Assembly: GCF_004010195.1 (NCBI RefSeq)
Contig: NC_057728.1
Coordinates: forward strand, 45,541,419 to 45,605,418
Length of the DNA stretch: 64,000 nt
Reading direction: 5' to 3'
DNA from: Chiloscyllium plagiosum
Taxonomy: Eukaryota
The translations under genes were made by a program, and so were the position numbers. The notes beneath the pieces were generated by a model. That model worked only from the letters and a program-made list of their open reading frames with translations, was not told the DNA's origin and ran no database searches. Below are positions 24,346 through 37,147 of the stretch, in pieces; the stretch's first letter is position 1; every line of letters begins with the position of its first letter.

Positions 24346-24847
24346 CCCATCTCTCTCTCACTCTCTCTCTCTCCTGTATAACTTGTGAACCTTTCTTCCT
24401 TTACTCATTATGAGAGTGAGATGACTAAATGGTTTTACTTCCAATGATTTACATTCCAGAACCAGCAGATGTAGAAGACTGTCATGAGATTATTTTGGTT
24501 GTTTGGTTTCCTATATGATCACCTTTTATTCAACTATCAGTCATATTAGCTTGGTTTTTCCAGGTCAAGTCCTGCATTGGTAGACACTGTCAGAAGTCCA
24601 TCTCTCAGGATTTGTAATTGCCTTCCCTCACTAACTTTAAACCATCCCAAAGATTGTGACTATGCCACATAGCTTTACACAATTAATTTGTGATTTACCA
24701 CTCTTTGCTATAGCATGGACCACTGGAATAGCTAAATAAATTCACTCAACACCCAGAGCCCACTTGCAGTCTCAAAGCATTTATTGTTGATATATCACTC
24801 TCTCTCAATCAGCTGAAGCTAATAACTATTTTTATTAACCTAATTTT

Positions 24848-24952
24848 ATAAACATTCTGTTCAGAGTTGTTTTTACACTGGAGCAGGTGGAACTTGAACC
24901 TGGGACCTCAGTGCAGGGGTAGAGACACTACCACTGAGCCACAAGAGACCTC
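24848..24952 (-). mobile_element. Short tRNA-like SINE family C
   Basis: GGAGCAGGTGGAACTTGAACC...GGTAGAGACACTACCACTGAGCCACAAGAG. Confidence 0.65.
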
Positions 24953-26319
24953 TCAGCTAAAGCTAATAAAGAGATCACTTTTATCGGATCCACGTTTCTC
25001 CCATTTGTTATTCTGGATGGTGGCTAACTTGAGCCACCCATGCCAGCACAACCTTTTAATGTTTTGCTGAGCTCAGTGCATCAGTCAATGTATTGCTGTC
25101 TCCTTTAATTCTCTCACCTGCCGAGACACTGGACAGAGGCTGGTAAGTAGAACCCACCTTTAGGGCAACACCTTTGGTTTACTTTGGGAAACCAACTTCC
25201 TCCAGACAGTCCTTCCTGACATGGAGTAACTTCTTGGGATTTTGCTCCAAATTCTTCCCCCCACAACAGGGGTCCCAACCCAGCCAACCAGTTCATCAGC
25301 ACAGGGAACTCATCATTAAGGATTAATTCTGGGACATGGAATCTATCCCTAGCCATGTTCTTCTTCTCGAACATTTTGAAAGATTCTATTTATTTATCTG
25401 ACTATCCATAAATAAATCATTCATTTATCGTTCATTCAGTGTCAAGCGTATTGTAAGGCTGAAAGCATGTAATGGATTCTTAAGGTATGATCAAAATGAA
25501 TACAGCAAGACACTTGTGTTTTAATACAAACAAGTGAATCTCACACTCCCTTCTATCTGTCAGGAACTTTGGCAATGGTGGTACTTGGAGCTCTACCTCA
25601 GATTCCACAAGCCCAAGCTAATGGGGAAAGTCTAGTGAGTAGGACAAAATCCCTTATATTAATACGATTCTGATTACCAGAATTATGTGCAGTATCACCA
25701 TTTCATAGCACTTTCAGTACTTTTGCAGACATTCCATCGTGCAGAAAACAAATTGAAAAGATCTCCAGTTGACTCCATGTTAGCTATGTAAAAGAATGGT
25801 TCTCACAGCCAATCAAGGCTATGAGGCTACCTCTCAGTCAAAACAGGCTGTATTCAGGCCAGGGCTATTTTCATGTATTCTTCCAGTTTGTTTCAATTGC
25901 TCATTGTCATATCCAATGCACTCTTCACCGTTGACCCTTAATTGTCTGATCTGAGGATGTCATTTTCAAGCTCAACATTACTGACACCGCATTGGCCAGG
26001 ATACCAAAGCCCCGTCAGAGAATTAGAGTGCCATATTCCCTTTTGGACACTATCCGTCAATGAGCAGGGCAGTATTGGAACGCTTGCCAAGTATACTGGG
26101 GTCTTTTAATATGGTGCAAACAATGTAGTTATTTTGGCAGATATCTGCTGAATAGTGAAATTTTCTAGATGCAGCAGAACTCAGACGTGAACGACGCCAT
26201 AGCGCCACGGTAGGTAATTAACAAGGTGAGTTTAATGAGATACAGTGAGAAAACATGCTGGGCCTTGCAGTTATAAACCTTCAAAACATTCAATAATATT
26301 CAGACCTAATCAAAAAGAG

Positions 26320-26560
26320 GAAGATTTAGTGCATAATCTAATCAAGTAAAGTCAACATGGTTTCATGAAGGTCAAATCATGCCTGTCTAAATTATTAGAA
26401 TTCTTTGAAGGAGGTAACAAGCTGGATAGATAAAGGAGAACCAGTAGTTGCAACATATCTGGATTCCAAAATACAGTGAATAAGGTACACATAGGCTACT
26501 TGATAAGATAACAGCCTATGATGTTGGGGGTAGTATGTTAGCATCGATAGAAGATTGGCT
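26320..26560 (+). mobile_element. CR1 RT fragment
   Basis: SQHGFMKVKSCLSKLLEFFE...ATYLDS decayed RT motifs. Confidence 0.75.
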
Positions 26561-27029
26561 GCTCCTCCAGCTCTTGACAATTCCCTCACAAGTGGCTATC
26601 CAGGAAATGAGAAGCCTCCTTGAGTTCATATATGGAATGGGATTCACATTTCACAGAATGATTTGCTGTGTTCTGTCTCTATTTGTTGGACTACTAACTA
26701 AATTAAGATTGTATTACATAAAGTGTCACTGAGTTTTGTTGTAAACAATCACGTGTCTGAAGCAAGTGAAATTGTAACCATGTGAATAGCAATTTGGTGT
26801 ATAGAGGCATTAGTAAGGCAAAGGAAGAATTGATTTTCAGTTCTAGTCACAAATGAGAGATAATGAAATATTAGCTTGATACATACTGCACCCAATATCC
26901 TTTTCCATTAACTGCATGCACAGCATGTACATGGCGTGCACGATGTAAGGTTCAAAGTTTGTGAGAAGATTTGTAGCTCGGGTGCTCATTGTTGTGGTTC
27001 TGTTCGCCGAGCTGGGAATTTGTGTTGCA

Positions 27030-27062
27030 GACGTTTCGTCCCCTTCTAGGTGACATCCTCAG
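27030..27062 (-). ncRNA. Minimal hammerhead ribozyme motif, intact core
   Basis: CUGAGGA U GUCACCU-AGA-AGGGGAC GAAA CGUC; flanks GCA/UGC can form stem I. Confidence 0.75.
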
Positions 27063-27655
27063 TGCTTGGGAGCCTCCTGTGAAGCGCTTCTGTGATGTTT
27101 CCTCCGGCATTTATAGTGGTTTGTCTCTGCTGCTTCCGGTTGTCAGTTCCAGCTGTCCGCTGCAGTGGCCGGTATATTGGGTCCAGGTCAATATGCTTAT
27201 TGAATGAATCTGTGGATGAATGCCATGCCTCTAGGAATTCCCTGGCTGTTCTCTGTTTGGCTTGTCCTATAATAGTAGTGTTGTCCCAGTCGAACTCATG
27301 TTGCTTGTCATCTGCGTGTGTGGCTGCGTACGAAACAACCACCCCAACACACACAAAAGAAGTTGCACCAAGACACTGTTCAAAAGGGCTACAATACACT
27401 GCAGTACACCAGAACTGCAAAAAGAGGAAGAAGAACACCTATACAATGTATTCGCCAAAAACGGATATCCCCACAATTTCATCAACAGATGCCGAAGGGA
27501 AAGACAATGGAATGAGGACATGCTGCAACCCAAAGGACTAGCCACACTACCATACATCAAGAGCATTTCCGAACTGACAGCCAGACTACTACAACCACTA
27601 GGACTCATAACAGCACACAAACCAACAGCCACTCTCAGACAACAACTCACCAGAA

Positions 27656-27680
27656 NNNNNNNNNNNNNNNNNNNNNNNNN
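27656..27680. other. Assembly gap
   Basis: Run of N. Confidence 1.
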
Positions 27681-27952
27681 TATCCTTAGTAGCCACACAC
27701 GCAGATGACAAGCAACATGAGTTCGACTGGAACAACACTACTATTATAGGACAAGCCAAACAGAGAACAGCCAGGGAATTCCAAGAGGCATGGCATTCAT
27801 CCACAGATTCAATCAATAAGCACATCGACCTGGACCCAATATACCGACCACTGCAGCGGACAGCTGGGACTGACAACTGAAAGCGGCAGAGACAAACCAC
27901 TATAAATGCCGGAGGAAACATCACAGAAGTGCTTTACAGAGGCTCCCAAGCA

Positions 27953-27986
27953 CTGAGGATGTCACCTAGACAGGGGACGAAACGTC
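27953..27986 (+). ncRNA. Minimal hammerhead ribozyme motif, intact core
   Basis: CUGAGGA U GUCACCU-AGAC-AGGGGAC GAAA CGUC; flanks GCA/UGC; predicted cleavage after 27986. Confidence 0.78.
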
Positions 27987-29282
27987 TGCAACACAAATTC
28001 CCAGCTCAGCGAACAGAACCACAACAACGATGTAAGATGTTAGATGTCCAATCCTTTCCACCAGACTTCAAGCTCTGGAAATTTCTTTCTTCCTCAAGCC
28101 ATGAGTGAGCCTGCTGCAGTGTTTGCTTTTTACACCCAATGATGCAGCTGCATTACCACAGCTCTAACCAACCTATCCTGAGCACTTCATCACTTACATG
28201 TCAACCGAAGTGATCCCCAGCATTTTATGTAGATGAAGTCCTAGTGACCTATTTAAGTGATACTCTACTCATCTGACTCCTTACCTACCTGGCACTCTGC
28301 TTACCTGGCACCTAAACAATCTGACACCCAATCCACCTAATTCCTGAACTAAAGGTCACACTAATCCCTTTAGTGTTCCCTTTACATTATAAGCTGACTG
28401 TTTGATAGCAGCTATCAATTTGTCTGACTTTGCTGTTGGATCTTTTAATTTCAGAACACCACACATTGACTGCTGTTAAGGGAACATGGTTTGACTTCCC
28501 CCAGCTATTCTGCATCTTGAGGGATATGTAATCTGTTCAGTTACGCTCTGAATTTTTGAAGGAGCCATGATTGAAATTTTTTGCCAGAAATATAGAATTG
28601 TGTCTTGACAGTAAAAGTAGGAATGGAGTGACAATCTGACTGTGGTGCCATTCTTCAGGAAGGTTTGGCCCTCTGATCCCAGTGAATACCACAGTGTCAA
28701 TGTCCAAAAATCTTGTGAACCTGCCTCTGCCATACACAGATGCTACCAGTTGCAAACATGAGTGTTATATGAATACACATTTTCATGAAAGTGCAAAATC
28801 TACACTCAAAATGTCTGGAGCTAAGTAGTAACCCTTGAGTGATAGGTTATAGCCATCTTAAATGCCAAGCTTTTAACTAAATGCTTTTAGATTTTTCAGT
28901 TCAATATAAAGTAGAAGCATAACATCAAACAGATGCTCAGAGTGATTGCAATAAATAGCATAAATTAACCTTTAAATCATTAATGCTCGTTTGTGATTTG
29001 GTTTCAGAGGATGATAATAGTGTCACACTTAGATAGGTAGTCAACACACTTTATAACCTTTATGAAAGTCTAAATAAGATGAATGTGATTGTACCTAATA
29101 ATATGTCATCCTGAACATCTGCAATCCTATTCTTCCTCATGAGGAAACATTTATCATTTTAATTCAGGGTGTTCTGTAAAGGGATTGTATCTCTGGAAAA
29201 TATTGCCTTTCACATCTTAGAATGCAGCTTCAGCTCATTTTAACAGTTCCCTTGTGGTACCCGTTATCCCAGGTGAGTTCAA

Positions 29283-29781
29283 NNNNNNNNNNNNNNNNNN
29301 NNNNNNNNNNNNNNNNNNNNNNNNNNNNNNNNNNNNNNNNNNNNNNNNNNNNNNNNNNNNNNNNNNNNNNNNNNNNNNNNNNNNNNNNNNNNNNNNNNNN
29401 NNNNNNNNNNNNNNNNNNNNNNNNNNNNNNNNNNNNNNNNNNNNNNNNNNNNNNNNNNNNNNNNNNNNNNNNNNNNNNNNNNNNNNNNNNNNNNNNNNNN
29501 NNNNNNNNNNNNNNNNNNNNNNNNNNNNNNNNNNNNNNNNNNNNNNNNNNNNNNNNNNNNNNNNNNNNNNNNNNNNNNNNNNNNNNNNNNNNNNNNNNNN
29601 NNNNNNNNNNNNNNNNNNNNNNNNNNNNNNNNNNNNNNNNNNNNNNNNNNNNNNNNNNNNNNNNNNNNNNNNNNNNNNNNNNNNNNNNNNNNNNNNNNNN
29701 NNNNNNNNNNNNNNNNNNNNNNNNNNNNNNNNNNNNNNNNNNNNNNNNNNNNNNNNNNNNNNNNNNNNNNNNNNNNNNNNN
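29283..29781. other. Assembly gap
   Basis: Run of N. Confidence 1.
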
Positions 29782-31733
29782 NGAGTCTAAAGAAAATGTG
29801 GTATGGATCTAATATTAAAAGCCTCTAGTTCAAGTACTTGCAGATTGGCTCAACTGGAAAGAAACAAAATCAATGCACTATTTATCTAAAAATAAAACTA
29901 TAGATGAACAGTAGGAAGAAATACTTGTAAAGCAATAATGCTGGAATAATAATTTTTATTTTAAAGACTGTTGCATTATTTCTCAGACTGTTTAATTATT
30001 AGCTTTATTGTTCTTGAAATCCCATTGTAATTATTAATATCATGTGGATCTAAACAAATTAATGCCGAAATTTGATGACTTATGATGTGGTGTGTTTCAC
30101 TTTGATCAATGATCATGTTCTACTGACAATAGGCCATCTAATATTAGCATCCAATGACAGAAAAAAATACATCAAAAAAATGTCACTGAATAATGAAGTT
30201 TAAATTCAATCATTTAATCATTGATATTTTCCGACAACATCATTGCTCTCTTTTCAATTACAATAATCTGATTAGTTCTAAGATATTGCTGTGCAAAAAC
30301 AATTGCAAAATTCCTTCCCAAATTCAAAAAGCTGACCAACTGTGCTGACTGTAACAGCAGCCATTTCTAAAACATGATACCGAGCAACATTGGGAGGCCG
30401 TGATTCAACACTTCATCAAACGACTGTGTTTAAGGAGTGTATTGAGAGAGGTTGAGGAAGTGAGAGAGACTGGAGTATATGTCCACAGGTTCTTGAAGGT
30501 GACAGGGCAGCTGAATAAGGTAATAATGGAGACATAAAGAATCCTTTCCTTTGTTGCATAAGAACAGTGATTTTATTCTGACACTTTTGAGACAAAGGTT
30601 CAACCAAGTAATTTTGCTACAGTTCTAGTCACATTATAAGAAGGAGTAATTTCTCTAGAGAGACTGCAGAGGAGATTTACAAAAATATTGCTAGTGCTTG
30701 AAAATTGCAGGTGTGAAGAAAGATTGGATCGTCTTGTCTTATTTTCAGCAGTTACTATTCACTCCAACCTCCACAAAGAGTCAATTTCACACCAGTATTA
30801 CTGAGTTATAAATCTGAAGACATATATTTATCACTCACAGATATATTAATTGCTTATATCTGATGAAATTGCACAAGAGGGCTTCCTGATCCTTACTGTC
30901 AGGAAGCTTCACCTGTCTCTGAGTTTCCAAGATACCTTAGTATCACCCTATTACTGGAAAGAGGATTTTTAGCCTCCGGAGCAATTAAGTTCCTCTGTGA
31001 TTCAGGCTCTTGAACATTGTAAAAGATTCCACCCTCAGGGATGAAAGCTGTGAAGACATCTCAGAGAGAAAATCTTTAATGTACTCATCTAAGTCTCCTA
31101 TACCAGCTCCAACGTATTTCAGGTAAAGGTTACATTTAAATTGCTAATGCTGATTCAGCTAGGAGCTCCATGACATTTAAATATAATTAAATATGTGGCA
31201 TGAGGATATTTGCAAGGTTTGATCTGAATTACAGGATGACGTATTCTTAGAAACTGATTGAAATATAACCAGTAAAGAAAGTTAAATTATTCATCCTTTG
31301 CTTTACTGGTGCTGTCATCTCAATAGACAGAAAGCCTTGTTGGTAAAGTGGAGGAAGATTATGAACTAGGTATGAAGCTTTCTGCCAGGCTGTTATTTTT
31401 CTGGTTACCCACTAAATTAAGGATGTAGCTTCATGGCACTTACGAAGTTGACTCGATATATTACTTTCAAACTATTCACCTTAATAATTAATTTAGTGAA
31501 TATAGAAGAATATAGTGGTCTTAAGAAGGTTTGAAATTGGGGATAACCTTTTAACTTTATTGAATGGAATAAATGACTAAATTACAGCAATAGCATTAAC
31601 AAGGTTTTAGTCCAAACAAATTCAATATTTAAGATTTACAAACATCTTGTATATCAGGTTATAAATTTGCTTGCTGAGCTGGTAGGTTTGTTCTCAGATA
31701 TTTCGTCAGCATGCTAGGTAATATCATCAGTGA

Positions 31734-31941
31734 TGGAAATGTGTTGCTGGAAAAGCGCAGCAGGTCAGGCAGCATCNNNNNNNNNNNNNNNNNNNNNNNN
31801 NNNNNNNNNNNNNNNNNNNNNNGGAGAATCGACGTTTCGGGCATAAGCCCTTCTTCAGGAAGGGCTTATGCCCGAAACGTGGATTCTCCTGTTCCATGGA
31901 TGCTGCCTGACCTGCTGCGCTTTTCCAGCAACACATTTCCA
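31734..31941. mobile_element. Palindromic PLE terminal-repeat insertion (contains N-gap 31777-31822)
   Basis: TGGAAATGTGTTGCTGGAAAAGCGCAGCAGGTCAGGCAGCATC and its exact reverse complement at 31899-31941; inner arms meet at ~31856. Confidence 0.88.
31831..31858 (-). ncRNA. Minimal hammerhead ribozyme motif, intact core
   Basis: CUGAAGA A GGGC-UUAU-GCCC GAAA CGUC. Confidence 0.78.
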
Positions 31942-32068
31942 GCTTTCAAATTGGGGATAACCTTTTAACTTTATTGAATGAAATAAATGACTAAATTACA
32001 GCAATAGCATTAACAAGATTTTAGTCCAAACAAATTCAATATTTAAGATTTACAAACATCTTGTATAT

Positions 32069-33592
32069 CAGGTTATAAATTTGTTTGCTGAGCTGGTAGG
32101 TTTGTTCTCAGACGTTTCATCAGCATGCTAGGTAATATCATCAGTGAGCCTCCATTGAAGTGCTGGTGTACTGTCCCGCTTTCTATTTGTGTGTCTTGGT
32201 CTGTTAAGGTGAGTGATATCATTTCCAGTTCTTTTTCTCAGATGTTGGTAAATGGGGTTCAGTTTGAATGCCAGTTCTCTAGGAATTCCCATGCATGTCT
32301 TTGTTTAGCTTGTCCTAGGATGGATGCAATGTGCCAGTCGAAGTGGTGTCCTTCTTCTTCGGTGTGCAAGGATATTAGTGATAGTTTATCGTGTCTTTTG
32401 GTGGCTAGTTGGAGCTTGTGTAGCCTGGTAGCTAATTTCTTGCCTGTATGTCCAATGTAGTGTTTGTTGCAGTCCTTGCAGGGTATTTTGTATCTGACAT
32501 TCAATTTGCTGGTTATTGGTACAGGGTCCTTTAGGTTAATCAGAAGTTGTTTCAGTGTGTTAGTAGGTTTGTGAGCTAGAAGAAACCTACATCATTAATA
32601 GCATCGTTACTGGCATAAATTTCACCAAAGAAGAAGAGAACAACAACAGACTCCCTTTCCTAGATGTCACAGTGGAACGAACAGTCAATAGAGAACTGCA
32701 GACCAGTGTCTACAGGAAAGCAACACATACTGACCAGATACTTAACTACAGGGACAATCATCCCAACACCCACAAATGGAGCTGCATCAGGACATTATTT
32801 AAACGAGTCACAATACATTGCAGCTCCCAGAAACTACAAGCAGCAGAAGAAAAATACCGATACAGCATATTTAAGAAGAATGGGTACCCGATAAACACAG
32901 TCCACCAATTCTTAAACAACAAACCCAAGCTTGAAGACACAACACGCCCAGAGACTCTAGCCATGCTACCATACATCAAAGACATCTTGGAGATGTCGAC
33001 CAGACTACTCTGACCCCTAGGCATCATGGTAGCCCACAAACCTACCTACACACTGGAACAGCCACTGATGAACCTAGAGGACCCCATATCAACAACCAGA
33101 AAATAGAATGTTATTTACAAAACACCCTACAAGGGCTGCAACGAACACTATATTGGACAGACAGGCAGGAAACTGACCACCAGGCTTTATGAACACCAAC
33201 TGACATGACCAGCTATCACTACTGTCCTTACACACAGACTAAGAAGGACACCACTTCAACTGGGACAATATATCCAATCTCAGATAGGCTTAACAAAGAC
33301 ACGCACAGGAATTCTTAGAGGCCTATCATTCAAACTGGAACTCCATTAACAAATACAGATTTGGACCCCATTTACCAACCTGTGAGAAAAAGAACTGGAA
33401 ATTATATCACCCACCTTAACCGACCACGACACATAAATATTTAAGTGGGAAAGAACATTAGCACTTCAACGGAGGCTCACTGATGATGTTACACAGCATG
33501 GTGACAATACGTTTGAGAATAAACCTACCAGCTCAGCGAGCAAATTTACAACCTGAATCTCAACCTGAGCTACTAAACCTTCTCAAAAATCG
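32069..33592. mobile_element. Penelope-like insertion with inverted arms
   Basis: Minus arm ~32069-32580 (YKIPCKDCNKHYIGHTG GIY-YIG), plus arm ~32590-33592 (LPFLDV, VYRKATHTD, YIGQTGRKL); decayed 16-bp TSD CAAACATCTTGTATAT / CAAACACCTCATATAT. Confidence 0.9.
32111..32144 (-). ncRNA. Minimal hammerhead motif, core intact, stem II weakened
   Basis: CUGAUGA U AUUACCUAGCAUGCUGAU GAAA CGUC. Confidence 0.6.
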
Positions 33593-34542
33593 CAAACACC
33601 TCATATATGTCTAAAAATAATAAAAAGTATGGCCAACATCCTGAAACAGTGAACAAAAATGTACAGGTAATACAATGATATCCATCTCCAATACCCCTTG
33701 ATTTAATAATTTGGAATGCTATTAATGTCCTCTAATACGAATACTAATACAAAATATTTATTCAACTCCTCTGCCATTTCCTGGTTCACCATTATTATTT
33801 CCCCAGCCACACTCTCTAGAGGGCCTCTGTTCACTTTGGACACTCTCTTCTATTTTACATTGGTAAACAGGTTCTTATGCTGTTCTTATATAACCAGAGT
33901 TATATTTGGGGGAAATGTTAAATGTCAGGCTTCACTTAGACAAACCTACCTGGAGCTGATGGGATATCACATTACCATTGTCCAGCAAGAATCAAAATCA
34001 GTAGAGAGTGGGGTGGAGGGTAGTAGGTCTAAGAATTTTGAATAACCAGTGATTTATGGAAATAGTCCCGAGGCAAGGTATGTAAGGATGGGAATATGGC
34101 ACAGTTTGGAGTTGAGTAAGTTGCCATTAGGTGATAGGGGAATTTAGAAAGGATAGAATCCCACTTGTTTCTCCTTTTGTATAAGGGTTCAGGATCCTTG
34201 CTATCATGGATCAAGGCTTGGTGACAGTAGTTGGCTCATAGTTCTAAAGATGTGAATGTCCCAATGACATAATTAGGGCAGGGCACCACCAATGAAACAA
34301 ATTGCCAGTACCTTAGGGTGGACAGTCAGCTCTTTCCTCAACCTTCATATTATGATAGGTGGATAGGATGTGTGAAATGAGAAAGGCAGGAAACATTAGG
34401 AATATGGTATCATCTTGACTGCCTTCCTGTTCCATTCTGACTAGATACTGTGAACGAGTTAAGGTCACATGTCATATCTATTTTAGTTATAGTTACGTGT
34501 CTTCCAGAAAATTCTTTTGTACACTCCATTATATCAACAAGA

Positions 34543-34828
34543 CCATAAGGTCAAAAGGCATAGGAGCAGAATTAGGCCATTCAGCCCATCAAGTCTGCTC
34601 CCACATTCAATTATGGCTGATATGATTCTCAATCCTCTTCTCTTGCCTTCTCCGTGTAATCCATGATCCCCTCACCAATCAAGAACCAATCTACCTCTGT
34701 CTTAAATACACTCAATGACTTGGCCTCCACATCCCTCTGTGGCAATGAATTCCACACATTAATCATCCTCTGGCTGAATAAATTCCTCCTTATTTCAGTT
34801 CTAAAGGGTCGTCCTTCACTCTCAGGCT
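34543..34828 (-). mobile_element. CR1 3' end
   Basis: CATAGGAGCAGAATTAGGCCATTCAGCCC...AATTCCTCCTTATTTCAGT. Confidence 0.85.
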
Positions 34829-34930
34829 GTCAACATGACTTGTCTTCTCTGTAGATCTGACAGACTCTACTTAGAATTTCCTCAAAGCAAGGATGATATT
34901 CCAGAAGGAAAAGCCATAAAACACCAATAT

Positions 34931-35028
34931 CTGTTCTGATGAAGAGTCGTATCGGATTTAAAATGTTATTTCTGTCTCCATTGATGCTGCCAGACCTGCT
35001 GAGTTTTGCCAGAACTTTCTGATTTTAT
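34931..35028 (+). mobile_element. PLE-derived short repeat family E with decayed hammerhead
   Basis: TTCTGATGAAGAGTC...GATGCTGCCAGACCTGCTGAG. Confidence 0.65.
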
Positions 35029-36579
35029 GACATAATAAAGACCTGGGAATGGCTGGCATAACTTGATATATCAGAAAATCAAAAGTATTTTTCATTTTTC
35101 TTGTAACTGCATGAAGCAATGCAAGCAATACAAAGCTTCTAAAAACCAGTTATGAAAAATTGCCAGTCAATGACTGCATTGGACAAACCCAACACATACA
35201 GCTTTGATTTCATCCAGCAGGCTGTAGATCAGTTCACACTAGGGATCTCAGGATGCAATTTCCTGTTTCCTTTTTGTTTCTTTTTTAGTGTTTTGTACAA
35301 GTGCCAAGTTGTTTCTGACATAATACGAAATGGATTATTGCCACATGTACTGAGGAAGAAAGGATTGGTGTGATTCATATGCTATACAAAGCAGATTTAT
35401 TTGCAATAGTTTGGTGTATTTTAAGATTGTTCTTTAAATTTGTGCATCAGCACAGAAATAAAATGACCCAAAACATGTATGGGACTGAAAAAAAATTTAA
35501 AACATATGGAATTATCTATTGAAATAGCTCAGGAAACAACCAAATATAACCTTAGCTTTGGACATTTGTTAAAAAAATAAAGCCACGTGTTTAACTTACA
35601 AAGACATTTTCTTAATACACTCACTGATGTGTAAAACATAGATTGCTTTATCTGAATGAAAATGCAAAATGGATATTACCCTGCTTGCATGTTCCAAAGA
35701 TTTAAAGATTAAGTCAGCGTTTGTTGTTCTGCCTATGTAATACTTTTCTATCATCGTATTGTTTAAACAGTGGATGATGACAACTGTTCAGAGAAATCTG
35801 CTTTGCAGGAGTTATCAAACCAGACGGTGTGTGAGGGCTAAAATGACTGAATAATTTAAAATAATAAGCTAGCTGACATACGTTAACCACTCGACGCCCA
35901 GCATCCTGTTATCGAAGATGCATTAACCTGAAGCTTTGAAAGTCAAGTGAAGCTCTTTAATTTTCTCCTCAAATAAAATCTGATAGAAAGCTGTCTGCAA
36001 AGAATGTGTGAATATAGAACTTTGAATGCATATGTAGTGACATTCTATGTCCAGTCAAATAAAGTCTTCCTTGGCTTTATTATTATTGCTTTCAATGGTT
36101 TGCTTTTGCCCACCGCTGATTGGCAGATCATTTTTGTTCAGGATACGGTAGCAGGGTCAAAGTCAACTCACGAGGTCAATAGACAGATCATATCCTAATG
36201 TTGCAGTCACAAAATCTGCACCACTTACTATCTTTTAATAAGCATGTTTTAGCCTATTTATCCCCTTATCCTGACTTACTCTTTTCAATGATGTTTTCAT
36301 TAATCCATGATCTCCATGAATTGAATCTGTATTCTCCCTGTAACTTTGCATTTCATATTCAGTTCTTATTTCAGTTCCAGTCTTCTTCCCAATGTCCAGG
36401 TGAAGATGATACTCTCTCTCACCCACTCCCTTATCTCTGTGAATGCTCTGTGAACCGCCAAGTACTGCAACAATGCACCACCCCAACTCTGAGCAATTAG
36501 GAATACTGACCTGGCCAGTGACACCACATCCCATGAAGGAATGAAAGAAAAATGGCTGTTCTGTAGTAATTTACCGCTT

Positions 36580-36979
36580 TCAGAAGAATGAGAGCAGAAC
36601 TGATTGAGGTATATAAAATCCTGAAGGGGATTGAGAAGGTGGATGTAGAACTGATGTCTCCCCATGTGGGATAGTCTTGAACAAGAGGGCATAGATACAG
36701 ACTGAGAGGAGGTTGGTTCAAAACTGAGATGAGGAGGAACTACTTCTTTCAGAGATTTGTGAATCTGTGGAACTCACTGCCCCAGAGTGCAATGGAGGCA
36801 GAATCATTCAACAGATTCCAGAAAGATATGTTTCTGATGAAAAACAGAATGAAGAACAATAGGGAGCAGAAAAGAAAGTAAGTTGAGACCAGGATAGGAT
36901 TAGCCATGATGGCGTTAAATGGCAGAGCGGGCTGAAAAAGCTGAATTGCCTATTCCCACTCCTAATTCCTATGTTCCTA
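36580..36979 (+). mobile_element. CR1 3' end
   Basis: AGAAGAATGAGAGCAGAACTGATTGAGG, AACTGAGATGAGGAGGAA, GAATCTGTGGAACTCACTGCC. Confidence 0.85.
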
Positions 36980-37147
36980 ACATCAGGTTGTGCATTTGTT
37001 GCAGGATTATTTTTCTTTTTGTAGATAAGACAGCACAAATGCATTGTGTTGAAGGATGTATAATTTTATATGTATAAATGTTATTTTTGCAACCTGGATT
37101 TCAGAATAGAGGTAGTTCGGTGTTGGTTCTATGAAGTGTTTTCTTTA

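Larger units (their letters stand above)
26950..28026. mobile_element. Penelope-like insertion with inverted arms
   Basis: Minus arm ~26950-27325, plus arm ~27329-28026 encoding NNHPNTHKRSCTKTLFKRA...LPYIKSISE...AHKP and HEFDW..TTIIGQAKQRTAREF; 10-bp TSD ACGATGTAAG (26940-26949, 28027-28036). Confidence 0.92.
31534..32147. repeat. 200-bp direct duplication (31534-31733 / 31948-32147) around a palindromic PLE insert
   Basis: AAATTGGGGATAACC...ATATCATCAGTGA twice, about 6 substitutions. Confidence 0.9.

Noticed and set aside
28270..28345. TACCTGGCAC repeated twice in a C-rich patch
   Set aside because: Too short and degenerate to interpret
29222..29812. Long ORFs of 178-196 aa
   Set aside because: Almost entirely N-gap
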